DNA of 43,859 bases, filler included, from Jimgerdemannia flammicorona (lineage: Eukaryota): NCBI GenBank assembly GCA_003990765.1. It is 2 parts of 2 records of this genome, joined end to end, with 100 filler letters (N's around TTAATTAATTAA, not from the genome) between each part and the next. Parts side by side here need not be neighbours in the genome. Positions count along the whole stretch, not along the records: positions 1 to 21,880 come from RBNJ01001374.1; positions 21,981 to 43,859 come from RBNJ01001375.1. One strand, written 5' to 3'. The notes beneath the pieces are model-generated. The model had not been told where the DNA came from, did not search any database, and saw nothing but the letters and a program-made list of their open reading frames with translations. Position numbers and translations under genes: made by a program. How positions within the stretch are numbered: position 1 is the first letter of the stretch; the number at the start of each line of letters is the position of its first letter. Of this stretch, positions 13,754 through 24,900 are shown one piece after another.

Positions 13754-14639
13754 AATTTGGCGAGTCCACAGATAAGTTGGTTGGCCTTGTGGAATATTTA
13801 ATACCTTTCAAAATAATAAAAAAGGAAAAAAAAACCTGAGGACTCGGCCTGGAGTTTGCAGCCAAAGTGGGGCAGGGTTGGTGGCAGTGGCGGAGGGAGC
13901 ATGTAATATTTGCAGCCCTCAGTCAGCAGCAAGGGACAGCCCCAAGCTGCCAGTGCCTGGGTCAGTGGGTGGGTCAGTGGGCAGGTCAGTGGGTTGGTGG
14001 GCAGTGGACAGGTCAGCAAAGGGAGCACGCAAAATTTGCGGCCCTCCGCTGGTAGCAAGAGGCAGCCCCAAGCCACAAGTGTCCGGGTTGGTGAGGTAGG
14101 TGGAGGGAGTGCGCAAAATTTGCAGCCCTCTGCCAGCAGTGAGGGGCAGCCCCAAGCTATCAGTGCCTGGGTCAGTGGGCGGAGTCAGTTGGCAGGCACG
14201 GGGTCGGCAGAGGGAGCATGCAAAAATTTGCGGCCTTTCACCAGCAGCAAGGGGCTGTCTCAAGCCGCAAGTGTCCGAGATGGGCAGGGCAGACAGAGGG
14301 AGCACATAAAATTTGTGGCCCTCCGCCAGCAGCATAGGGGCAGCCCCAAGCTGCTAAGGAGTCTAGAGTGGAGGGTGCTTCTGGCAGTTGGAGGGTGCTT
14401 CTGGTGGTCGGAGGGCGTTTCCAGTGATCGAAGTTGCCAGTTCGGGTCTCATGGGCACCCCGGCCCTGTACTACAGCACCACACCAGTGGCACTACAGAG
14501 CAGGGCTGAGGGGTCAGTAGGGCCCTGCATAACAGCTAAGCTAGTACTACATAAGAGACACCTGGTCCAACCCCCCCACATAAGACTGCCCAACCCGTAC
14601 AAAATGGCTGCCTAACCCTCATGAAAGATTGCCTAACCC

Positions 14640-16739
14640 TCATAAAAACTGCTTCACCTGCCAGTCCCAGGCCTTGATGAGCCTGTCATCTGTTGTGAGT
14701 GTGACGACTATTGTGTCCGAGCTCTCCTCGAAGGCAAGGGTGCTGTGGTAGTCATGTGGTTAGAATAGGATGGCCATATTGGCCACAAACGGGACCCCGA
14801 AATCATAGGTGAGGTCATACTAGACTCCGTCGCTATCTTCCCAGATTGGGCCCTTCCTTTCCGGGACATAAAACATTACCAGGGTGATGTTGTTGTCTGT
14901 GTATATGGGCAGAGAAAGGTTGCATCCAACATATCCTGATGTGACGCAAGCATACAGTTGGGTGAACCCTTGGCCCAGGACCTCATACTGCCAGGCTGTG
15001 CTGGTGGATGCCTGCCCTTGGTCCAGCCTCAGGAGCCCCAGCTTGGAAACCTGCCAAAACAGATGGTAACTGGTCAGTCCTTTTTGCATTCAGGGGGGCA
15101 GAAACCCCCTGGGCTGCAGAAACCCCCTGAGCTGCAGCACCACAAAAAAGTGGAGCTCCTCACCTCATATGGCATGCTAAATTGCACCAAGAATGTACAT
15201 ACAGCCGTGCCAAGATCACCACCAAGCTGGCCTGCTATACGCTCTACCAATCTGCTCAAAGAACCCCAGATAATAGCCACCATTGCCACATAGGCCATGT
15301 CATGCTCACATGCAGTTTGCTCTTCGATGGCATTTCTAAAGTTCCAGTAGGGGTACAGAATCTTGTGCATCCCTGGAATTATATCAAAAAGAGTATGTTG
15401 GCGAAGAGTGTGATTTATCTGTGGAGGGGTTAAAAAAAAGGGAGATGAGTGTAGGGGATTTTGGAACTCTGGAACCCACCCTTCACCAGTGTTGCAGTAT
15501 ACCCAATTCCCATCCAAACTCCCCCTCCTTGCCTTTTTCACTCCCTCTTTCCTGCCACCCAGTATTTGATGCAATCCTCGCAAATCTCATTGATGTGGTA
15601 GTAAAGCTCATCACCATAGAGGTTCCTTACCACCATCGCAACCACCTCTCTGCATTCGTTAATAAAGATATAGTTCTCTTTGTCATTGGTTACTCCTGCT
15701 GGCCAATGGACCCCTTGATCAAGTACAATTGGCTCTGATTCGAATGTAGACCCCCAAGCCTTGATGACAATACTGGTACTGCTCATACTGAACATCTTGC
15801 CCTCAAATTTCTCTATTTGATCAGATGCCAGACATAGTTGAACTCAGGTAACTTTGAACTCTCCTTTCCAATGGAACTGAGCCCTGATCTGAGGGACTGA
15901 GATAAGTATGCGGATGGGTTGTGTGCAGGCAGGTTGCGTGTGGGTGGGTTGCAGGCAGGTTGTGTGTGGACAGGTTGCATGTAGGCAGGTTGTGTGCAGA
16001 CAGGTTGCATGTGGGTTGCATGGGGGTGTGGGTGTTTTTTAGGGGGAGACCACATAAAAATGAAATTAAATAAAACATGGAGATGGGTATTTCAGAAAAA
16101 GAGCATGAGTGAGTGAGCTGCATGCTGACAAGTTGCATGCTGATGAGTTGCATGAGTTGCACAAGAATTGCTCATGAAGGCTTGCTTCTGTTCCTTTTGA
16201 GACCTCTGCCATATGATACATTGACTCAACAGCTCAGCCACCAAAGACATGCCCTGCAACATCTGCCAGCCTTTCTTCATCTTGACCAGATATTGCGAAT
16301 AAAGTTGGCAGATCTCGCCGTAGAGCTGTGGACTCTAAGAAAAGCATGAGGTGAATTGGGTCATGCTGGAGAAGTTTAAATAAATATAAGTAAACAAGTG
16401 GCAGCTGAGTGAGCAACCTACATCTACTATTGGCTGCTCCAAAAAGGCTGCCACATATATAGCTGTGAGGTCTGTGAATTCCGAGGTCTGAAGGGCCACC
16501 ATGAGTTGTTGCCAGAATTCTCCCTCATCCCTGCCATCGCCATTGCCACTGCCACTGCCATCACCCCTTTGGCTCTCGATGAGCAGCTTGTGTGCTGTCC
16601 ATATGAGAAAGAATCTAACATTGTCAGCAGAGAGTACATTTCCACCTTGAATACTCCCTCTTTTGATGATCATTATAGGGTGAAAAATGAGTAGACTGGA
16701 CCAATATATAAATTAAGGGCTACTGTTTTGTTTGCTCAT
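14640..16739 (-). pseudogene. Cargo gene of hAT copy 2 (multi-exon; C-terminal TET/JBP-like domain, unassigned N-terminus)
   Basis: Inferred core exons ~15896-15558, 15418-15164 and 15050-14640. The last acceptor TTTTGGCAG is preceded by a CTGAC branch site. Exon structure upstream of 16170 is uncertain. Confidence 0.7.
15915..16030 (+). repeat. ~15-bp tandem repeat (CAGGTTGCATGTG-like) in an inferred cargo-gene intron
   Basis: Directly visible; a homologous array lies at ~17760-17845. Confidence 0.75.
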
Positions 16740-19700
16740 GATGCGGCAGGAAAGAACAAAGAAAAAGAACAAAGAAAAGAGAGGGAACAAAGGAAAGGGT
16801 GATGTCACCAAAGTACAGCAGAAAAAAAAAAACAAGAGCGAAATGAACAAAAGAAAGGGTGATGTCACCAAAGATTTCAATTTGGATGGATCAATCCAGA
16901 TCAATCCAGATCAATCCAGATCAGATCATAAGACTAATTCAAGTTGATTCGAATCTATCACATGATGAATCTGAATCGAATCTCATCCAGATCAACTCCA
17001 TTCATTTGGAGCACTATCCTCACCTAATATGGTATGCTAAATTGCACCAAGAATGTACATACAGCCACACTGAGATCACCACCAAGCTGGTCTACCATAT
17101 ACTTTACCAATCTGCTCAAAGAACCCCAGATCATAGCCACTATCACCATACAGGCCATGTCATGCTCGCATGCAGTTTGCTCTTCAACAGTACTTCTAAA
17201 GTTCTGGTAGGGGTGCAGAATCTTGTGCATCTCTGGATTTGTATCAAAAAGAGTATGTCGGCAAAGAGTGTAATTTATCTGAAAAGGAGTAAAAAAAAAA
17301 GAGAGACAAGTGCAGGGGATTTTGGAACCCACTCTTTACCAGTGTTGCAGTATACCCAATTCCCATCCAAACCCCCCCCTCCTTGCTTTTTTTGCCCCCC
17401 TTTCCTGCCACCTGGTATTTGATACAATCCTTGCAAATCTCATTGATATGGTGGCAAAGCTCATCACTGTAGAGATTCCTTACCACCATTGCAACCATCT
17501 CTCTGTGTTTATTAATAAAGATATAGTTCTCTTCATCATTGGTTACTCCTGCTGGCCAATAGACCCCTTGGTCAAGAATGATTGGCTCTGATTCGAATGT
17601 AGACCTCAAGTCTTGATGACGATGCTGGTACTACTCATGCTGAACATCTTGCCCTTGAATTTCTCTATTTGATCAGATGCCAGATGTGGTTGAACTTGAG
17701 TAACTTTGAACTCTCCTTTCTAATGGAACTGAGCCCTGACCTGAGGGACTGAGATAAGTGTGCAGATGAGTTGCATGTAGACAGGTTGCATACAGATGGA
17801 TTGCGTGCAGACAAGTTGCATGCAGGTGGGTTGTATGTAGATGTGGGTGTTTTTTAGAGAGAGACCATGTAAAAAATAAAATTAAATAAAACATGGAGAT
17901 AGGTATTTCAGAAAAACAGCATGAGTGAGTGAGTGAGTAAGTTGTATACTGACAAGTTGTATGCTGATAAGTTGCATGAGTTGCACAAAATTACTCATGA
18001 AGGCTTGCTTCTGTTCCTTTTGAGACCTCCACTATACAATGCATTGACTCAACAGCTCAGCTACCAAAGGTATGCCTGCAATGTCCTCTAACCTTTCTTC
18101 ATCTTGACCAGATGTTGTGAATAAAGTTGGCAAATCTCACTGTAGAGCTGTGGACCCTAAGAAGAGCACAAGGTGAATTGAGTCATGCTGGGGGAATTTA
18201 AACAAGTATAAAGTAGCAGCAGAAAAGAGCAACCTACATCTACTACTGGCTGCTCCAAAAAGGCTACTGTGTACATAGCTGTAAGGTCTGTAAATTCCGA
18301 GGTCTGAAGGGCTGCCGTGAGTTATTGCCAGAATTCACCCTCATCTCCACCATTGCTATTACTAATGCCATTACCACTGCCATTGCCCCTTTGGCTCTCG
18401 ATGAGCAGCTTGTATGCTGCCTATATGAGAAAGAATCTAATATTGTCAGCAGAGAGTACATTTCCACCTCAAATACTCTCTCTTTTGATAATTATTGCAG
18501 GGTGAAAAATGAGTAGACTGGACCAATATATGAATTAAGGGCTGCTGTTTTGTTTGCTCATGATGTGGCAGGAAAGAACAAAAAAAAAGAATAAAGAAAA
18601 GAAAGGGAACAAAGGAAAGAGTGATGTCACTAAAGTGCAGCAGGAAAAAAAAAACAAGAGCAAAATAAACAAAAGAAAGGGTGATATCACCAAAGATTTC
18701 AATTTAGATAGATCAATCCGGATCAATCTGGATCAGATCACAAGACCAATCTAAGTTGATTCAAATCTATCATATGACAAATCTGATTTGAATCTCATCT
18801 GGATCAACTTCATTTGTTCAGAGCACTATCTATACTTGAAATTTTTAGTTAGCAAATTTATGCAAAAATAAATAATCATTAAAATCTATTTTGTTTTAAG
18901 ACTTCTCTCAAAATACTGACCAGATGACAAGTCCTCTCTTTTTATCTTGGTTGTGATCCCAAGCTTCCAGATATAACTAATAAAAGTATCTGCGATATTT
19001 TCTCTAGAATAAAGACTAGTGAGTTTGATAAAGTTGAGAGTAAGAGATTTAAGTTATCAATCAAGATCAATCTAATGATTAGTAATACTCAGAAATGAAA
19101 TTACATTAGAGAATATCTATATATTGATCATAAATGAAATTCTGCCTACTGAATTCTGTTTATTGAATATGAGATTAAATTGGTAAGCTCTTTATACATA
19201 TATATATATATAATTCAGCTTACAATAGTTATAATATTGTTCTTATTTATTTATTTTACCTGAAGTGTCTGGTAAAGATTATCATGCTCCTTTCTATAGA
19301 TCTCTAGGACATCTTTGTAAATAGTATTGATACTTAGCAGATATAAATCATGCTTGAGGAGGCCAAAGATACTATGCAACTGGTTGCTCTTAATAGTTAT
19401 GAATAGTTGGTCTATGTATACAATCTAATAAATAAGTTAATTTCGAAATTCTGCTGATAAATATAGCTAAATATTTTTAATTAAATAGGGTTAAAAATAT
19501 AGAAATGGTCAGGCAATCAGATGAATATACAGATATCAATTTTATTTATTTTTGTATTCTTTTTAATTTTGTTAAAGTATTTGTATTTTATATATCAATA
19601 TATATTTGAAGTTGACTCACTAAGTATTTTAAACTTCTGGCTGTATAGTATAAAGAGATTAGTAGAAATAACATTATGTATATATCAAACAAAAGTACCA

Positions 19701-20398
19701 GTTATATCATAAATGTATTTTTTTTTTAAAAAAATTTTTTACCTGTAATAATTACAAATAATATCATCTCTAGTCTTAGCACAATATTATCAGATTTTAG
19801 AATGAAGATTGCATAGAAAGTTTGGAACTATTGAGGATATTTGACTCAAAGCATCATTGGTACTATGAACTATTAAAGACTGATTTATTGATATATGTAT
19901 TTGTATATATGCTTATATATATTTTTTGTATATATATATATATATGTAGATATATTCAGTATATAAGTTATGTAAAGAATTCAGATTGGATAATTTAAAT
20001 GAGATAATTTGAATTGAGTGAATCAGATTAAATAATTCAAATTAAATAATTTAGATTAAATAATTTAGATTGAATGATTCAGATTAAGTAATTTAGATTG
20101 AATGATTTGAATTGAGTAATTTGGATTGAGTAATTTGGATTGAGTAGTTTGGATTAAGTAGTTTGAATTAAGTGATTCAGATTGAGTAATTCAGATTAAG
20201 TGATTTAGATTGAGTAGTTTAGATTGAGTAGTTCAGATAAAGTAGTTTGGATGAAGTGATTCAGATAGAGTAATTCAGATAAAGTAATTTAGATTAATCT
20301 GAGTTGATTCATATTGTTTCAAATTTGAGATTTGGGTCAAACCATTACATAATGAATCAAATCTGGATTTGATTTGAATTAACTTGTTCAGAGTACTA

Positions 20399-20740
20399 AT
20401 TAAGACTTATATCAGAGAAAAAGAAAAATTGTATAAGAGCAAAGCCTGTTTCTACTATTAAGAAGAAAGATACATTACTACCAAATATCTAAAAAAGACC
20501 AAAAATAAAACAGAATCAAAGAAGGCTCTAGTTATTACTAAGAAAAAAATAGTAATGTCTATTACTCAAACTGAAGAAGTATATCTGATAGTTCAAAAAC
20601 TATATCCTAATATTATTATATCAAAAGCAAAAATCTCAGGAGTAATTAGATTAGACCTAGTAGTTATTCAAGATTCAATAATTTCTAGAGGATAGTAATA
20701 ACTTATAACCATCACACTAGTTATATAGATATCTGAAGAG
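20399..20740 (+). pseudogene. Highly decayed gag fragment of another LTR element, the apparent target of hAT copy 0
   Basis: ACFYY*EERYITTKYLKK reverts to a CCHC knuckle CFYCQEEGHIxxKCPKK using only G>A and C>T changes. Confidence 0.45.
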
Positions 20741-20744
20741 TATT

Positions 20745-21880
20745 ATGAAAGAATTGCACCATACTCTTTCTCCGCTACCTTACCGGTCACAAGGTTTGGT
20801 AGGCGACCTTCCAAGTCCCCTTTCCCCTAATATTACCCCCTCTACCTCGGGTTGGTTTGCTGTGCCTGCAGGGGCATGGTGGGAGGAGGGCAATGGTGTT
20901 GAGTTGCCCCTTTATCGGTGTCAGATCAGTACTTCCTCCACTTTTTCACGGATTCTGGTGCCTTCAGCTGCGTCTGGGGTGTACCCGTTTTGGTGCGGTG
21001 CCTTCTTCCTTTTGCCGTCACCAACAAGGAGTTGTCTCGGTGTGTCTCGGGCTACGTAGGGAGTCGGCCGACCTTGGGCGTCAAGTGCTCAGTGTAGGTT
21101 ACCTGCAGGTCCTCGGTGTCTGTGGTGGGGCCCTCTGACTTTAGCGAGCTTCCCGGCAAGTGTGGTTCTGGTGTAGGTGACTGCTTTTCAGGTGTTGTCG
21201 GGATGGGAGGGGAGATGGCCATCACAGATAGGTGGAAGGGCGATTACGGTGAACCAGTAGGGTGCCAGGCTGGGGGCAGTCATCGGGGCTGGGGCAGGTG
21301 CTGCTTCGGTGGGGCCTTTTGATTGGTGCAGCGCAGTTAGGTGGTAGGTGTCACTCTCGGCTTCTTTTGGCGGGTAGCGGGGTGAGGCCCCAGTCATCAG
21401 GGGGGGTCGGGGGGCCCGAGGCTACCCATTTCAGGCGTCTTGGCTGCACTCAACTGGAACCGGGAGCTGACACGGCAACATGATCGAGGCCCACAGGCTT
21501 GAGTAGTGGGGTATTGGGGGTTTCCTCCCGCCTCATGTGTAAGTCCTTTACTCACCTCGACTGGGAGAACCAGGCCCTACCCACCGTGTTGTGCTTGGAT
21601 ATTCTCTTTGGGGTGGCAGGGGCTATTCTATTCGGCTCGGGCGTGGCCTTGTACATATGTTGGGTTCTCGGGCATGTGCTTTCGGTCATTAGCATATGGT
21701 TGGGTTTCCCCTGGTAGTAGGGAGAGCATGGTGCGCAGAATGAGGTGCGGGCTTATCAGCCCTACTGCGCCTGGCATGGTCGAGCTGCTGGACAATAGCT
21801 AGCCTAGGTTAATGGGGGAGGGTTTTGGCCTATATAGTCTAGGTTCCCTTCCAATAAAAATCTGCGGGACATGAGTCCGT
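20745..21880 (+). mobile_element. Young GC-rich element ending in a LINE-type 3' tail (probably non-autonomous)
   Basis: 21466-21880 is homologous to the reverse complement of 21987-22940. CpGs are retained. No recognisable protein in 20745-21465. It ends at the gap. Confidence 0.55.
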
Positions 21881-21980
21881 NNNNNNNNNNNNNNNNNNNN
21901 NNNNNNNNNNNNNNNNNNNNNNNNTTAATTAATTAANNNNNNNNNNNNNNNNNNNNNNNNNNNNNNNNNNNNNNNNNNNN
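21881..21980. other. Artificial assembly linker/gap (44 N + TTAATTAATTAA + 44 N)
   Basis: A six-frame-stop spacer centred in Ns. Confidence 0.97.
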
Positions 21981-24900
21981 TTTTTTAACAGACTCAATAT
22001 CTTACAGATTTTTATTAGAAGGAACCCTAAACTATATAGGCCAAAACCCTCTCCTACCACCCATCAAGTACTGCCCCTCCATTAACTTAGGCTAGCTATT
22101 ATCTAGCAGCTCAACTATATCAGATACAGCAGGACCTATATTGGCCTATATCTCATTCTATACTAGTGCTCCCAAACAAGTCGAATCAATTCGAATCGAA
22201 TCGAATTGAGGGTCTGATTCGAACCCTAATTTTCAAAATGCAATAACTCAGCGTAAACTCATCAAAATCTAACGTACTTTAGCTTGTTAGAATCACATTA
22301 ATACGGTGAATCTAACAGGCTAAAATATGTTAAATTTGGATGAGTTTTCGTTGAGTTATTACATTTTGAAAATTAAGGTTCAAATTGAACTTCGAATCGA
22401 ATTGGGCCTTTGATTCGATTTGAATTGAATCAAATTAGACCCTTGATTTGATCGAATTGAATTGAGTTTGGGCCAAATTCAATTCAATTCGATTTATTGT
22501 GAGCACTATTCTACACACTATACTCTCCCTACCACCAGAGGGAATCCAGCTATATGTTAATAACTGAAAGCATATGTCTAAGACCCCAACATATATACAA
22601 ACTTGCCCATATAGGGCTATCTACTCAGGAAGATAGTATTATCCTTATGCAGGGGCCATACTAATCTTCTCTATGTCATTTTAATTTTTTCAAATATCAG
22701 CAGTCCTAAAGGACTTGACTCCAATATATATATAAGATCACACCCAAGCTGAATAGAATAGCCCCTGCCACCCCAAGAAGAATAATAGATAAAGAAAAAC
22801 TCTCATCAAAGTATATTACAGTAAGTAGGGCTTGGTTCTTCTAGTCAAGATGAGTAAAGAACTTATATGTGAGGTGAGAGGAGACCCCCAATACCCCACT
22901 ACTCAAGCCTGTAGGCCTTGATCATATTATCATATCAGTAACTCTTTCTATCTCAATAGCTGCTCCTCTAAATGCAAATATCTCTCTTTCTCAAAAACAA
23001 ATAGTTGGTATCCTGTTAGCCTCACCTATATAGCTAAAACTCAACCAATAGTAAACTACTCATTTCCAACCCCCCTCTACCAATCTATCTCTCAGGTCCT
23101 CCCATCAATCTCTCTCACCATCTCTCCTTCTCATAATACTCAATTAATTTCCAACTACTAACCAAAAGTCTCTAAGTATCTCACACTCTCTTAGCTAATA
23201 TTCTGATATCTGCACATACTCTTCTTATTCTACATTATAATACTCCTCATAGTTAAAGCTTCTCCCCTCTATGAGATGGTCTGAACAAAAGTTAAGTATG
23301 ATATTTCTCTGCAGCATATATCATCAAACCACCTAGTACTTAAATGACAACTAATATTATATCTCCCCACTCTAGGCCCAAGCTCTATTCCAGTCCCACT
23401 CCTCTCCAATATCTGTCATCTACCAGCCACTAGGCCAAATATCTTGTCTCAATCCTCTCTGATACTTGACTCCATCATCAATATCAAAGTCAATTAGGGG
23501 AGTACCCCCTAATAATACTCAATTCCATCTCTACATTACTGGGCCCCAAGGTATCTCTCCTTTAGCCTCCTACTAGTAAATACTAATATGATATATCCTA
23601 TTAACTACTTTCTACTAGAAGCTCTTATACTACATATACTCACTATTTTGAAGCTCAACCAAGGACAGTAGATCTCCTATAGAGCCTCTTGATAAGAACC
23701 TCATCTCTTAAACCTTTTTCATCAAAGGAACTTAGCTACTATCTCTCAGTTTCATAGCTCTCTTCAGTCACTATGCTCTCAGACAATATAGCCTCTTCAG
23801 GAAGTCTACCAGCCTAAGGCCTCCTCTAGCCACTAGCAATAACAAGATTTCCCAGCTAATCTGACTCTTCCTCCCAACCCAGATCTAATCTTTGGCTAGC
23901 TTCAATAGCCTCTTCACTACCCAGGCTGGAAAGTTCAGATGATATACTAAATACCACAGCTTTGGCAGCTAGTAGACATTCAGAATTGAAACATGCTCTG
24001 CCAAAGATATGTAGTGATCTTCCCAACTCTGCAGAGCCTCTCTCCAAATAGCCACCCACTGCTCCTATCAAGATCTTGATAGGACTGACTCATAAACTGA
24101 AAGATAGATACCCAAGTACCTCACAGTATCTCTAGGAGGAACAATTGTTCCAATGATATCTCCTTCCACTAGGCCATTACCCAATACTATCATTTCACAC
24201 TTATACTAGTTAAGTTTAGCCCCAGAGTATATCTCATACTACTTTACTGTTTTCTGAAGTTTCTCAATATCAGCAATCAATCTCAGGCCAACTCTTATAT
24301 CATCTGCAAAGGCTCTAACTTTCTATATAATTTCAAATACTGAGAGCTCTATCATCTTTTATCAAATCCTATCCATTAATGACTCCAATAATAGAGTATA
24401 TAAAATAGAAGACAGTAGATCTCTCTGGAGAATACCTCTACTCAGAGAAAATACTACTCTCTAATGACTATTACATATAAGTATTACTCTACTCCCTTCC
24501 AGTAGACTAATCATTGCTACTCAGAACTGCTGAGGGATACCAATTCTATCTAGTACTTTTACCAATCAGACCTACTGAATATAATCATATACCTTCTCCT
24601 GATCCAAAAAGACCAATCTCTCATCCAGTCTGCAGGCTCAAGTCCCTTTAATAATGCTATAAATCCAAGCTATACAATCTCTAATGAGCCAGCTCCCTAT
24701 AAAATCTTATTGCTTCTCACCCAAGACTTACTGGACCACCTTCTACAGTCTCACTACTACCACCTTAGTGCCAACTTCCTGTCTATATTCAGGAGCATAA
24801 TAGGTTGCTAGTTCTTTCAGTTCTCTCTCCTACCCTTGTCCTTATACAGCAGTACCACCAGCACTTACTATTTCAGACATACTAAATCGAATGTGATGAG

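Larger units (their letters stand above)
10630..17016 (+). mobile_element. hAT copy 2 (complete, 6387 bp, innermost and last inserted)
   Basis: TIRs TAGTGCTC (10630) and GAGCACTA (17009-17016). TSD TTCTCACC (10622-10629) / TCCTCACC (17017-17024), 7/8 match. Confidence 0.95.
10087..18561 (-). pseudogene. Cargo gene of hAT copy 1 (TET/JBP-like 2OG-Fe(II) dioxygenase), split by copy 2
   Basis: Last exon 10497-10087 reads ...EVLGQGFTQLYTHITSGYVRHNLSLPTHTDNNVTLIIFYVPERKGPTWEDSGRVWYNFTYSFGVLFVANTAILF*PHNHHGTIAFKESSDTTVIALTTDDRLIKA. HxD at 10350-10342; distal His cluster at ~10203-10186. Upstream exons lie at 17025-18561. Confidence 0.7.
5955..18828 (+). mobile_element. hAT copy 1 (~6.5 kb net, contains copy 2)
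   Basis: TIRs TAGTGCTC (5955) and GAGCACTA (18821-18828). Perfect 8-bp TSD TCTATACT at 5947-5954 and 18829-18836. Confidence 0.95.
4365..19894 (-). pseudogene. hAT transposase pseudogene of copy 0 (split into 4365-5954 and 18837-19894)
   Basis: Reverse-complement match to the transposases at 6394-8973 and 11160-13753. Confidence 0.8.
2350..20398 (-). mobile_element. hAT copy 0 (oldest, most mutated, truncated at its 3' end; interrupted by copy 1)
   Basis: Reverse-complement homology to copies 1 and 2 over ~2350-5954 and 18837-20398. Terminal GAGTACTA at 20391-20398. Transposase sequence is continuous across the insertion (CTAAAATCTATACT|TGAAATT). The other end was not found. Confidence 0.85.

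Noticed and set aside
16713..16947. Lys-rich and Phe-rich ORFs near the hAT right end (also 18535-18754)
   Set aside because: Low-complexity purine-rich duplicated sequence, most likely the cargo gene's upstream region.
20745..21802. Overlapping ORFs in the GC-rich segment
   Set aside because: No protein motif and no preferred frame; treated as non-coding.
21881..21980. Palindromic TTAATTAATTAA flanked by a large inverted repeat
   Set aside because: The motif is an assembly spacer inside Ns. The flanking inverted homology is two LINE-type tails whose adjacency is unproven.
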